This document shows, piece after piece, positions 1 through 13,835 of a stretch of DNA of 64,000 nucleotides. Position 1 is the stretch's first letter. Each line of letters opens with the position of its first letter. Source of the DNA: Eledone cirrhosa (Eukaryota). The DNA is taken from the NCBI GenBank assembly GCA_964016885.1, contig OZ024742.1:192324001-192388000 (forward strand), read 5' to 3'. The position numbers were made by a program, and so were the translations under genes. The notes beneath the pieces were generated by a model. That model was not told where the DNA came from. It did not search any database and saw only the letters and a program-made list of their open reading frames with translations.

Positions 1-110
1 GTAAGGCCAACGCTCTAACCACTAAACCACGAGGAGTCGGTACGGCGACAATTGCGCGGAGGAAAACTGACAGAGAAATGACGTATAGTATGCATGTGTG
101 TGTGTGTGTG

Positions 111-155
<45 letters not shown>

Positions 156-192
156 GAGAGAGAGAGATTGAAATAAAAGAAAATATTTTTAA

Positions 193-384
193 ATGATGAA
201 GATGATAATAATTATGATAATTAAGCTAGTGATGATAGTGATAAAAACGATGATGATGATAATGATAATTATATCTATCATAGATGATGACGATGATGAT
301 GATAATCATGATTGTGATAAATGTGATAGCAACAGTGGTATGTGGGTTATCAATGTTGATGATGTGGATGATGAACATGTTAAC

Positions 385-422
<38 letters not shown>

Positions 423-700
423 GGTTGGAGATGATGATAATTATGAGAATGATGATGGTAATAGCAGCACTGGTATGTGGGGGTGGGTTGACTCTTTTCA
501 ATAACGATGCTGATGATGATGCTGTTCATGATGATGATGATGAGATAGTTTCTAGTGATGAGTATGACGAAAGTGGTAAAGATGGTAGTAGTATGAGGAT
601 AATGAGAAACGTAAACCATTATTATCATCATCTTTGTCTTAACCATCTCACTAATGAAGATAAATATACTGATGATGGTGAGGATAATGGTGATGGTGGG
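193..700. repeat. Degenerate (GAT)n microsatellite region
   Basis: Runs of gatgatgat; source of the poly-D/M/I/H ORFs. Confidence 0.9.
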
Positions 701-776
701 GAAGATATGGAAAAGTGGGGAAGGCCATGTGTTTGATCTTGCCCACCAAAGTTAACTTATCACGAAGACAGACGCA

Positions 777-897
777 CATACATACATACATACACACATA
801 CATACATACATACATACATACATACATACATACATACATACATACATACATACATACATACATACATACATACATACATACATACATACATACATAC
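777..897. repeat. (CATA)n microsatellite
   Basis: Near-perfect catacata array. Confidence 0.95.
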
Positions 898-1514
898 AGA
901 AGACATCCATGTACATAATATGAAAGAATACCGCTGGAATGTTCCAGAAAAAAACCAATAAAATGCAGGCATAACAGACCAGATATTATGATATGGGACA
1001 GGGAGAAGAAATCATGCAGAGTAATGGAAATTAGCTGCCCAGCAGATGCCAATATAATGTCAAAGATTAGTGAAAAGGAGAATATTTATGCAGAACTGAT
1101 GAGAAATCTGCAGATACTCCACCCTGATTACACCTTCAGATTTATACCTGTGATTATTGGGGCAATGGGGTATGTTAGTAACTGCCTCAATACAAATCTT
1201 TAGAAGCTAGGCTTCACAGGAACAGAAAGAACACAACTAGTTAGGAAATTACAAGTACAATCCATTAATGGAACAGAATTGTGCATCTAATAACTGCATA
1301 TACACATGTACAGATACAAAGCATATACACATGCACACATACAACTCAAAACATACACATCCACACATACAATAACATCCATATCTACACATGCATGCAT
1401 ACATATCAACCTAGTTGATGTTGTGTAAATTCCAATGAGAGAGTCTTGTGTCTATGTTAGAAACCGACTCTCTCTCTATTGGTAAAACTTTGTGAAATTA
1501 TAAAACCAGAAGAA
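898..1514 (+). mobile_element. 5'-truncated R4/Dong-like RLE non-LTR retrotransposon (endonuclease C-terminus and 3' UTR), degenerate
   Basis: Translates as EY.WNVP..KC.HNRPDIMIWDREKKSCRVMEISCPAD..EKENIYAELMRNLQILHPDYTFRFIPVIIGAMG, a PD-(D/E)xK RLE motif, with frameshifts and stops. 3' UTR hairpin ccaatgagagagtc/gactctctctctattgg at ~1432-1482. CATA repeats on both sides. Confidence 0.8.
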
Positions 1515-1918
1515 CATACATACACACATACATATATACATACATACACACACACACACATACATACACACATGCATACATACATACACACATACACACA
1601 CACACATACATACATACATACAGACAGACAGAGCAGACATACTTACATACATACTTACATACATGTATACATACATACTTACATACACATACATACACAC
1701 ATACGTACACACATACATACACACATACATACACACATACGTGTATACATACATACATAAAAACATACATACAAATATACATACGTATATACATGCATAC
1801 ATACAAACATACATACATATATGCACACACACACACACATACATACAATCATATGCATTCATTCATACATACATACATACATACATACATACATACATAC
1901 ATACATACATACATACAC

Positions 1919-2232
1919 AAGGAGGACATCTACGGACCATTGATGAGGAGTTTACAAATCCAAGATACACCTTTAGCTTCATACCCATCATTATTGGAGC
2001 TACGGTTTATATACCAACCCGCTTGGACCAAAGTATGACTGAACTTGGATTTGCGGACAAAAAGCGCAGCTCCCTAATTCATAGTCTACAAATGGCTGCG
2101 ATAGCTGGCACCTTCAAAATTTGCAAAACATTCTTGGGATTCAAGGGATGACAATTTCTTTTCTTTTACAACCTTGCCACCAGGAAGGTGGCCGGTCAAA
2201 AAAATATACTCGAAATTAAGAGAAAGAGAAAA
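1919..2232 (+). mobile_element. Second, divergent 5'-truncated R4/Dong-like RLE retrotransposon fragment
   Basis: KEDIYGPLMRSLQI / PRYTFSFIPIIIGATVYIP...LQMAAIAGTFKICKTFLGF*, homologous to the 898-1514 C-terminus. Flanked by (CATA)n. Confidence 0.78.
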
Positions 2233-2690
2233 CATACAAACATACATAATGCAAACAAATACACATACGTGCTTACACTCACACATACATACATACGTAA
2301 TTAATAGCACGCGTCCATGCATTCATACATAGATACATACACAAACACACATGAGGTTACATACATATATGTATGTGCATATGTATGTGTACATAGATTA
2401 GTAATGAATTGAAGCTTTGAAGGAATGCAAGACGGTCATTCATCCTCTATCCCCTACTCCAACTCTTCCTCATCCTCTTCCTACTCCCCCACCCCCTTAA
2501 ACAAACTTCATTCCTAGATCTGATACAACTAACAAAATGTCTGCCATGCTGTGACTATCAGTTATAAGACTTGACTTGTAAGATTACATACACAATTTGG
2601 TTGTGTTTAGACGGGATAGAAAGGGACATGACCTCATGACACTTATATGGCCTCAAAACGTTCGATATTCATTTAGATGGTAATACACAT

Positions 2691-2794
<104 letters not shown>

Positions 2795-2798
2795 AGTC

Positions 2799-2837
<39 letters not shown>

Positions 2838-3021
2838 GTGGGGTGAACCAGACAGGGCTTCGTTGTATTGGAATTTCGGTTTAACAAGAGAAGTCTTTTT
2901 TGATAAGAGAAGAGTAGAGGAATGTGAGAGCAAGTAAAGAAGAGGAGATAAGACAGGAAGAAAGTTTCACATAGGCGTTTTGTATATAGATATGTGCACA
3001 CGCACACACATATATATATAT

Positions 3022-3073
<52 letters not shown>

Positions 3074-3282
3074 ACACACACACACACACACACACATCTA
3101 TATATATATAAATATACCGAAACACAGCCACAATAAATGCTATTAACTAAAATGTATGCATTCTGAACAGCTGGCTGCAGTTGCATTACTGCAATGTGGC
3201 AAATTTATTGAATGAGCTAGATGTTGGCCAGAGACCGTTGACTTAATATCAGTATATATATATATATATATATACACACACG

Positions 3283-3316
<34 letters not shown>

Positions 3317-3318
3317 CG

Positions 3319-3518
3319 TAAAAGGTAAACAAAAAGAACAACACAGTCGGTACAGTATATGGAAGGGATATATTAGGTTAACGCTTGATATGGCAGGAAG
3401 AGGGTTATATATATATATATATATATATATAACCCTCTTCCTACTATATCAAGCGTTAACCTAATATATCCCTTCCATATACTGTACCGATTGTGTTGTT
3501 ATTTCTGTTTACCTTTTA
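3319..3518. repeat. Inverted repeat (~88-bp arms) centred on a (TA)n tract
   Basis: 3319-3406 is the reverse complement of 3431-3518 with a few substitutions; the symmetry continues into flanking (TG)n/(CA)n. Confidence 0.95.
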
Positions 3519-3519
3519 T

Positions 3520-3643
<124 letters not shown>

Positions 3644-3759
3644 GGCCGCCGAAGATAAGTAAGTGACATAGTGACTACTTTAAAACTAATAGCGAATGGT
3701 CTTCTAAATGTTTTTGATTAAACATACGGTATATTGCCAAATATACTATACATACATTC

Positions 3760-3819
<60 letters not shown>

Positions 3820-4099
3820 GTTTCTACTTTTGGCACAAGGCCAGCAATCACCCAGTACATTACTAGTGCTTTAATGGTTGAATCTTTGGAAGCCGTCAAA
3901 ATGAACGTCATATTCCAGACATGTTTATGCAATGAAATTTTAATTAAAATAATATTTAATATACAATAATCTGGGTCTCTGAATATCATTATTGAGTAAC
4001 ACGTCGTTAGTTTAATACGTTATAATACGTTAATAACTGTAAAATAAATGTTTATAACCAGCACATGTGTTTCACTCAAAAAAGTTGGCTTCAAAATCA

Positions 4100-4620
4100 T
4101 TGATAAATACATAGATATAAAAAAAGGAAGATAAAAATAAAGTTAAGTAATGAGGGAAGGGGTGAAGAAGAGCATCTGGCAGTATGGGAAAGTAGAGGAA
4201 AGGACTATAAATGCAATAAATGAGAGGAAAAGAAGGGGAAAAGGAATGGAAGAATAGGAGGGGCAATAGGCGAGGGTGATGGGCTTTGGGCCTAGGGTGG
4301 ATCGTTGTTTGGGCTGCGTCACGCGGACAAAGCTGCAAAATTGTAAAAGCATTTCCGCGGACAATGGTCAGCGACACCCGCTGCAACAGCCACATCACCT
4401 CGCAGGGCTCCTTCCTCAGACGGGCTGCTGACGTTCCAATTTTGCAGAGGAGTTCGGCAGTACTGGGTCCGAAGATCCCTTTGACCGTTGCGAAGAAGAA
4501 GCGGCTGGACAAGACCCGGTATTTGTTTGTCTTCCTGTCCTCTGCACTGAATACAGCAAACCAGTACCGTGGTTTGTGTCAATAGCGACTAAGTTGGAGG
4601 CGGAGAACGTGTCACAATAC
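4100..4620 (-). mobile_element. CRE-like RLE non-LTR retrotransposon 3' fragment, degenerate
   Basis: Minus strand reads DTFSASNL..AEDRKTNKYRVLSSRFFF..GIFGPSTAELLCKIG..EPCEVMWLLQRVSLTIVRGNAFTIL, the K..KY / G..G / QR.S...RGNA pattern of CRE-clade C-termini, followed by a pyrimidine-rich tail. Confidence 0.72.
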
Positions 4621-5403
4621 GGTAATTTTAGGTAATATACGCCAGCTATGCCAAGATTTAGATTTTATTTAAATCAGGCAAAGATAAGGAGGGGTACGAT
4701 AGCAAGGTGACTACAAAGAGCTAAAGCCATATATATTTTAGTGAGAGGTTGGGGGCACCGATGTTACTTATATATTTTGTTCTATTCCTTGCTTTCTGTG
4801 CTTACTTTGCTTTTAGTCGTATTCTGTAATTCGTATCTGTGTGTGTATATGAGCGAGTGTGTGTGCGTGTATGTGTGTATGTGTATATGAGATGTGTGTC
4901 TATGTAATTATATATATATAGAGAGAAAATTCTGGAATTCATGCTATACATAATCTGTTAAACTAGGACTGTCTGTTGAAGTTTAAATTCAGTTGTTATA
5001 GAAATTATTCCATATTTAAGTTTAATCTTCTATCAGACATATTTTGACACACAAATTACTCTAAAATGGCTGATACCAGTAGAAATAACTAAAACCTGAA
5101 TAATTTCCATACTAACTAATCTATTTTTCTTTTTTCAATTTTCTTTTTCAATATCATGCAGTAAATTATTCCACAAATTCCTCTTCGGTATTGTGTAACG
5201 AACTACTCAGTAGCTTGGTAGGATTAAAGTCTCATGTGGCTTAGTCTATGCATTGCACTGCTCTTTTCTGTTGAATACCCTCGTCTAAGTACAGTTTTTT
5301 TTATAAGCATCTGATTGTAGTTGATTGTTGATTATCTCTAAATCATTTTCTTTGCCCCCCCCCCCCTCTCTCGCTCTCTCTCTCTCTCTCTTTCTCTCTA
5401 CCC

Positions 5404-5445
<42 letters not shown>

Positions 5446-5615
5446 ATAGCAAGAGAGTGAGAGAGAGAGTGAGGGAAAAAATGAGAGAGAGAGATACACA
5501 ATTACGCACATATATACTTACGAGTATATGGATTACATGTACGTATGTAAATATATACAAACACACACTAAATAAAGGAAGGAATCAGGGAGAATATATT
5601 CCCATATACACGTTT

Positions 5616-5700
<85 letters not shown>

Positions 5701-6020
5701 TGTGTGTGTGTTTGTGTGTGTGTGTAGGCAGATAAAGCAGAACGATTATATGACTATGCAGATGAGAGAACATTATAAAGAAAAGAATATGAAAAGAAAA
5801 CATGGAAACAGAGAGTGATAGAGAGAAAGCGATCGAGGGATTGAGAGAGTGTTAAAGAGAAAGAGGGAATGAGAGAGAGAGATGCGAGTGGGATAAAATC
5901 GCAGAGAGAAGAGACTGTTGGCAAAGGAGAAAAGAAAACTAGAAAGATATATATATATATAACAATACTTGTTAATCTATATCAATTTATCTATCTGTTT
6001 GTATATATGTCTGTATGTAA

Positions 6021-6067
<47 letters not shown>

Positions 6068-6260
6068 GGAGAAAGTATGACCCGACGGCAGAGCTCAAAC
6101 CGTTTCGACGGCTATTTCTGGACTAAATAGAAACAGCCGTCGAAACGGCTTGAGCTCTGCCGTCGGGGTCATACTTTCTCCTATTACCCACACTACTACC
6201 CTAAGTATTGAGTACTCTTGTGCGTTATGGTCCATCTGGTTCCTTACCACAACTCCTTCG

Positions 6261-6261
<1 letters not shown>
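6068..6261 (+). mobile_element. (TA)n-embedded palindromic hammerhead-derived element, family P copy 1
   Basis: Inverted arms around gaaacggcttgagctctgccgtc plus ~80-bp tail ending ccttcgt; (TA)n on both sides; homologous to copies at 20849, 32091, 50547 and 62971. Confidence 0.85.
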
Positions 6262-6317
<56 letters not shown>

Positions 6318-6559
6318 CCGCGGCTGTTGGAAAATCATTTTCTACGATCTCGGTTTTTCTCAATTACTCACTCAATCAGAAATAGTTTGAAAATATACGA
6401 GAGCCAATCATTCTCAGTGTGCTAATAAAAAATATATATTTCTAATGAAGCGATTGTACGGAGATTTTTCACGAACCCAATGGGTTACTGCAAGTGCAGT
6501 CTGAACTAATAAATGCTATTCGAAATCTGCTAGTTACAGTGGCAGCATAAGTGTAACTA

Positions 6560-6644
<85 letters not shown>

Positions 6645-6956
6645 GTGACTTTTTTTTATCTTTTTTCTTTTTTTTTTCACAAAATGAAGAAAAAAAACGA
6701 GATGTCCTGCAAAGTATAAGGAAAAAAGATGAAATCGAAAATGCAACTGGAGTTTTTTTTTTTAAATATATATACATTTATTTGGTTCCTTTACCGGTTT
6801 CGCAGTACTTGTGCTTTTCAAAAGTAGAATTGAGATGGAGGGTTTGTGGTTTTCCTTATATATATATATGATTTGAATTCAGAACGCAGAGATCCGGAAC
6901 AAATAGCCACCGCTCTAACCAGCCGGATGGTTGGAACAGGTACAAGAGTACAAGAG

Positions 6957-7040
<84 letters not shown>

Positions 7041-7079
7041 GATATTAACAAATGGAAACTATATTTATAAAACCATATT

Positions 7080-7141
7080 TATTTCATTATACATATTTCA
7101 GGGATACCACATTAAATGGTATGCCTTCATCAGACAAAATA
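7080..7141 (-). ncRNA. Minimal type-I hammerhead ribozyme (Penelope-like-element type), family H1
   Basis: Minus strand: tattttgt-CTGATGA-aggcatacca(tttaatg)tggtatccct-GAAA-t(atgt)a-TA-atgaaata. Stems I and II pair, cleavage triplet AUA. Downstream tail is shared with the 26890 copy. Confidence 0.85.
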
Positions 7142-7394
7142 CAATATATAACAGTTTTACAAATAGGTTTGACGTACCCTTTAAAATACAACCATTACTT
7201 TTGGAGGCTGTCTGGATAGTGATTTGTTTATATAATAAGTCATAGTGTTAAGCGCAATTAGAAAAAGACGGAGAGAAAGAAAGAGAAAAGAACAAAGACA
7301 GAGAGAGAGAAAGAAAAGAGAAAGAAAACCTGGAGAAATATCGGAGAGAGAGAGAAATGTATGGAGAAAAGAAAGAGATAGATAAAGATAGGAG

Positions 7395-7503
<109 letters not shown>

Positions 7504-7848
7504 ACTCTTGTACTCTTGTACCTGCTCGTTAGAGCGGTGGCTATTTGTTCCGGATCTCTGCGTTCTGAATTCAAATCATGCGGAGTTCATTTTGCCATTT
7601 ATTTTTCGGGGCCGATAAAGCAAGTACCAGTCCATTTCTGGTGCAACTTTTATACTTTTATACTTTATACTTTATATGTTCATCTCCTGTATGTTCTTTT
7701 GTGTCAAGGGCGGGAGAGTGTCTCTGTTTGTTCCATATTGCAGAGGCACCTAAAACTCTTTGCGAGAAAATGATACATACTATCATGTGAAACTCAATTG
7801 TGAGTGTTGGATATAGCCTTACTTAAGTTATGTAGATATATATATATT

Positions 7849-7962
<114 letters not shown>

Positions 7963-8213
7963 AACATATATATATATGTATATATATATAAATATCTTTT
8001 TTCTCTCTCTATATCTTTCTCTGATTTCATTTCTCCTTTTTCTTTTTCTTTTTCTTTTTACTTGTTATTATTATTATTTTTCCTTTTTCTTTCTTTCTCT
8101 CCTTTATCTATCTCTCTTTCTTTCTTTTGTTCTCTCTCTATCTTTATTACTAATATTATTATTGATGCTGTAATTTGAATTTGTAGATTTGCCGGTTATA
8201 TATATTTTTAAAA

Positions 8214-8325
8214 ACAGTTTCTGATGACATGATTGAGCTAGCATCGTATTTAAAATTGAGTTGCACTGCTTCTAGTGTTCAGCAATTTTTAGACAACTCA
8301 ATCAGAGAAACAATTGTTAGACTGT
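8214..8325 (+). ncRNA. Type-I hammerhead ribozyme motif with extended stem II
   Basis: acagttt-CTGATGA-ca tgattgag...ctcaatca ga-GAAA-c(aatt)g-TT-agactgt. Palindromic loop III, GUU triplet, AATAAA immediately downstream. Two mismatches at the base of stem II. Confidence 0.7.
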
Positions 8326-8396
8326 AAATAAATTCCTCTTTTTTGTACTGTTGGCCATGTTATTCTTCACATTTTTTTCAATTTTATATATATATA

Positions 8397-8776
8397 CAGT
8401 GCATCTTCGCTTATCCGGATATCGCTTTTCCGAAATTCGATTTACCGGACGGCTATTTCTATACTACTATTAATTCATTTCTAAAAAAGTACTAACTTTT
8501 TATAGTTAGACTCAATTCAGTTTTACCAAGTTTTTAGTTATTCTTATGTTTGTTTAATAAATTTTCTTATAAATTCTAGCTGTTCTTTTGTTATTCTGAT
8601 AAATTTTCTTTACTTAGCATTTGACTTTTATTTTGACTAAAAGAAGCCAAAACATTAGAAACCACGAGCATTATGTAACAATGGGATTTTTGAATTCATT
8701 TATCCGGGTATTTCACTTAACCGGGTCTTTTTCTAATTGTTTGGTTTTGACCGTCCGGATAAGCGAAGATTCACTG
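8397..8776. mobile_element. Tc1/pogo(Tigger)-type MITE, 380 bp
   Basis: TIRs cagtgcatcttcgcttatccgga / tccggataagcgaagattcactg, TA on both sides, subterminal ccgg repeats, AT-rich non-coding interior. Confidence 0.88.
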
Positions 8777-8785
8777 TATATATAA

Positions 8786-8835
<50 letters not shown>

Positions 8836-8871
8836 TACATTTACGGTATAATACATGATGGTGTACAATGT

Positions 8872-8919
<48 letters not shown>

Positions 8920-9005
8920 CATTCCTGATGATTTCAACCGAATGAAGCAAGTATATATACATATGTGCTTCGCTTCTCTATTTGTTTTGCAAGAGTCTTG
9001 ATGTA

Positions 9006-9076
<71 letters not shown>

Positions 9077-9077
9077 C

Positions 9078-9188
<111 letters not shown>

Positions 9189-9420
9189 TGTGAGTGTGTC
9201 TGTGCGTGTGTACTGTTACTCTAATTGATGTTTCTAACAGACGAAGATGACCGATATTTAAGGTTCGGAAAATTCCGTTAAGGTTATCAAAACAATACAT
9301 ATTTCAGGGAATATTTTCTTTTCTGATTTCACCATGATGTATAAAGCGCTGCGTTGTGTGGCCTGGCTTTCTGCTGTAGCTTTAGGATAAGAGAGATTAT
9401 AGGAAGATTGTAACCCGCGG

Positions 9421-9434
9421 CACTACTACTACTC

Positions 9435-9470
<36 letters not shown>

Positions 9471-9579
9471 TTACTACTACTACTACATTCACCACTACCT
9501 CCTAGCTCTACGACCACCACTAACATAAATACCACCACCACCAATACCACGATTACTACTACTAATACTAATACACCAG

Positions 9580-9624
<45 letters not shown>

Positions 9625-9740
9625 ACTACTACTACTACTACTACTACATTCACCACTACCTCCTAGCTCTACGACCACCACTAGCATAAATACCACCACC
9701 ACCAATACCACGATTACTACTACTAATACTAATACACCAG

Positions 9741-9784
<44 letters not shown>

Positions 9785-9805
9785 ATACTACTACTACCAC
9801 CACCA

Positions 9806-9837
<32 letters not shown>

Positions 9838-9978
9838 ATACTACTACTACCACCACCACACTACTACTACTACTACTACTACAACATTCACCACTACCTC
9901 CTAGCTCTACGACCACCACTAACATAAATACCACCACCACCAATACCACGATTACTACTACTAATACTAATACACCAG

Positions 9979-10025
<47 letters not shown>

Positions 10026-10184
10026 ATACTACTACTAATACTACTACTACCACCACCACACTACTACTACTACTACTACTACTACTACAACATTCACCAC
10101 TACCTCCTAGCTCTACGACCACCACTAACATAAATACCACCACCACCAATACCACGATTACTACTACTAATACTAATACACCAG

Positions 10185-10240
<56 letters not shown>

Positions 10241-10248
10241 TTACTACT
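9421..10248. repeat. Compound minisatellite: 4 copies of a ~95-bp unit separated by variable (CTA)n
   Basis: Unit cattcaccactacctcctagctctacgacc...aatacaccagca starts at ~9486, 9647, 9885 and 10091. Confidence 0.92.
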
Positions 10249-10819
10249 TAAAAACGTGAGATATATCTGATCTATGGTTTACATATAGGAGATGTAGCTC
10301 TGTAATGTCTTTCTAGTCGGACAGGAAGGCGTGAATTAACGATAGCGAGAACTTTGTCTATGGAAGCTATTGTATATATTTATATGTATGTGCGTATAGA
10401 TGTACACGTTTGTGTGGATATTTGTATACACATACGTACTTGCATGTATATACATACATGCACATAGATAACTACGTACATACATGCATGCATATGTACG
10501 TTTAGGCATACATACATACATAGACACGTATACATATTTAAAGAGAATATATTCACATATGCACATATATGCGTGTGGGGGTGTAGGTGTGAGTGTAGGT
10601 GTGAGTGTTTGTGTGTGTGTTTGTGTGTGTGTGTGTTTGTGTGTGTGTGTGCGTGTGTGTGTGTGTGTGTGTGTTTGTGTGTGTGTGCGTGTGTGTGTGT
10701 GTTCGCGGGCGTGTGTGTGTGTTCTACTTTGCAAATATCGCACAAATGAGATAGAGCGAATCATAGACCTAGAAACATGTCTTTTTTGGGAATTAACACC
10801 TCAACAGGCTTTTGTCATG

Positions 10820-10866
<47 letters not shown>

Positions 10867-11349
10867 GCTAGTATTTATATATACATATATGTATGTATGT
10901 GTATGTGCTTGTATACTTGTACATTATGTTTATGTATGTATGTATTTATATATGTGTGTGTGCATGTTTGATTCTATATATCTATGTGTGTGTGTCTTTA
11001 TATATGTGTATATAGGAGAGTGTAGGAATAGTGAAGTGGCCAAAATGATATTTTCTGTATAGACACAACAATCGAATCGCTTATTCAGCGGCATGAAGGA
11101 TTGCTTTGTAGATATGACAAATATAGGGGTTATCATACAGTTAGTGAATTGTTGTTTAACCCATAATTTTGTCCCAGTTTTATAGACCCGTGACTCGAAA
11201 TATTTCATCTACGAATATGGTCTTTAATTTAAACCAAGTACTTAGGGTCTTTGAAGCCCCAAAATACGGCAGAGACCTTTGTCCGAATGTTGTGTTGTGT
11301 TCTTGAGCAAGACATTTCATTTCACGTTGCTTTTCATGAATGGAATGTA

Positions 11350-11615
11350 GTCCCTATCATTAAAACTCACAATGATTCTCCTGAGATGCAATCTCATAAG
11401 AAACCAGATAAACTTACACAGGCGCGAGCTTTAACAATCACAATAGGATAGGACTGGGCCTCCTATCATTAAAGCAATCAAGAAACCTCCTGTGTGACAC
11501 AATCTCGTAAGAAGCCAGCTAAACCTGTGACCTATAAAAATTATAGTATGACAGGATTGAGGCCCCTATCGTTAAAACACTTACGAAACCTCATATGAGA
11601 TAAGAAACCAGTTAA
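11350..11615. repeat. Degenerate tandem repeat, 3 x ~105 bp
   Basis: Recurrent cctatcattaaa...aagaaaccag.taaac at ~11352, 11462 and 11563. Confidence 0.6.
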
Positions 11616-11914
11616 ACATTTATAGGAGAGAGTTGTAAATTAAATATTTTATTTCATAATGGATCACCTGTTGCATTCAAAAATGGCCATTCAAATTTTT
11701 TATGAGAATCTAGTAGATGAGAAACTACAAGTAATCGAATTATTGTTTAACCACATATCAGCTTTGATCAAGTAGTCCTATGGTATTCTTGCCATGGTAA
11801 TCTAGTTCTAATGATATTCTGTATGGTGCTAATGCAGTTGATTGTATTGTGCCACGCTTGTTCTTACAACCATCGCTACACCACCACCTCACCCACAATC
11901 ATCGTCAATATCAC

Positions 11915-11973
<59 letters not shown>

Positions 11974-12097
11974 CCACCACCACCACCACCACCATTACAA
12001 TGCTGACAATTTACTGCTTGTTGTGGAAGCTATCTCCTCTGAGTGAATACTCGGCAATGTATCATCTCCAATCATACCATACATAGGTTTCCATTAT

Positions 12098-12455
12098 TGG
12101 GTAGAATGGCACTATCTGTAGAGCGTCGGACGCTCTCCTTCGTGGTATAGAGTTACAGCCCTTTCCGTTCTGATTTCAAATCCTGCCGAGGTTTGCTTTG
12201 CCTTTCATCCTTAAGAAGTCGATAAAATAAAATAAAAAAAAAAGAAAACTAATGCACTACTAGATCAGAAACCATTATTAAGTAAGGGTAGAGCGTCAGA
12301 CACCATGCTTTGCAGCGTAGTAGTTATGTCCCTTTATGTTCTGAGTTGAAATCCCAGCAGGTTAACTTTACCTTTCATCCGTACGGAGTCGATAGAATAA
12401 AGCACCGGTAATGCATTGGAGTAATTATTGGCATTGTGCCAAAAGTAGAAACATT
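12098..12455 (+). mobile_element. Two degenerate tRNA-derived SINE (family A) copies
   Basis: B-box-like gatttcaaatcc / gagttgaaatcc followed by the core ctttgcctttcatcc...gtcgata.aataaa. Confidence 0.75.
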
Positions 12456-13536
12456 GTTAAGTAACATATGCAAAACCATAATGCATGTGTCTATGAGCAT
12501 GTGTCTAGGTGCATTTTTTTGCTGTTTAATCAGGCAAAAATTGCAGAGCCCATGATCAGTTTCAGGGCTTCTATGACTGGTGAGAGAAAGGCGAAAGGCA
12601 TAATAAACTCAAACACGTTGCCCGAATAATTGCAATAAAATATACTCCGCCAAAGGCACTTAAAAGTCACGTAGTTTAACTCTTTTCTGGTCGTATTTCT
12701 ATTGAAATTAACGAAACTGTCAATTAATGAAACGTTTGAGGGATTTATTAAAATTCTTAATTATTTCATTACTAATATAGTAACTTGATATAATGTTTCA
12801 ATAGAAAATAATGTTGGGAGATTTTGATTTAAATAGGAACACTTTAAAATGGGTAGTTTTGTTTCACAGTGTCAGAGCTAAGTATGGCCGGGTTCATTTC
12901 CTAAGAGGTAAACCAGGCAACACATATTGTGAACGAAATGCCTTTGTGTTATGATTTTGCTAACAAGATGTGCACTAGAGTTGCACATTGTTAAAATGCA
13001 GCTATTAGTTTATTCTGTAATGTTAGTATCGTTAGTAAATTACATTTACTAATGGCTGACTGCATCTAAGTGCAGCAAAGCTATCATGTGACTATTATCG
13101 TGTCTCGATAGTATGAGGAATATTTAATGGTTAATTAAATACATGGCACCGTTGTCAGTAATCTTCAAATATTTTCAGGTGCAGCATTCTATAATCATCA
13201 TCATCATCATCGTCATCATTAGTATCATCAACGTCGGCATTACCATCTTTATCGTCATCATCATCATCGTCATCATAGTCATCGGAATGGCCGTTATCAT
13301 CATCATCATTATAACCACCAATAGCATCATCATTTCCTCCACCATCACCATCATCATCATCATCGCCTTCAACACCGTCATCATTGTAACTGTCATCTTC
13401 TTTGTTTGTTTGTCTGTTTTTTGTTTCTATTTTTATTTTGTTGTTGTTATTTTTGTTTCCTTTTCTTCCTCACATTCCAATCCCCACCACCTTGTGACGT
13501 CATCACTAATCCTTTCTTTCATTGTTCTATTTTCAG

Positions 13537-13608
13537 TATATTGGTACTCTCGACGTACCCAGACCCAGCAGTCGGGTAGAGATTGTAGCTGCTATGAGAA
13601 GAATTCGG
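13537..13608 (+). CDS. NOS1AP: Internal coding exon (72 bp, phase 0/0) of a NOS1AP/CAPON (DYC-1-like) PTB-domain adaptor gene
   Basis: Polypyrimidine tract and ttttcAG acceptor ending at 13536; GTGAGT donor at 13609. Translation [24 protein letters not shown] closely matches the CAPON PTB segment [24 protein letters not shown] as I recall it. Flanking exons were not found in the window. Confidence 0.93.
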
Positions 13609-13835
13609 GTGAGTAACAATAACAATAACAACAATTAAAAAAAAAAGTCATAATGGTTTCTGATTTAGGCACGAGGCCAGCAATTCTGGTGGAAGTGGAA
13701 CAGTCGATTATATCACACACCCCCTCTCCCTCACTAGTATTTAACTGGTACCGTATTTATATACTCCACAACGAGCCATAATTAAATGCCACAAAGCACC
13801 TTTGTCCAATACTAACAATTCAACCAACATAATAG

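Noticed and set aside
8923-8975. ctgatga...gaag hammerhead-like string
   Set aside because: GAAA is absent and stem I does not pair convincingly.
10740-10785. GAAA-CATG-TC resembling a hammerhead 3' half
   Set aside because: No recognisable core or stem I upstream.
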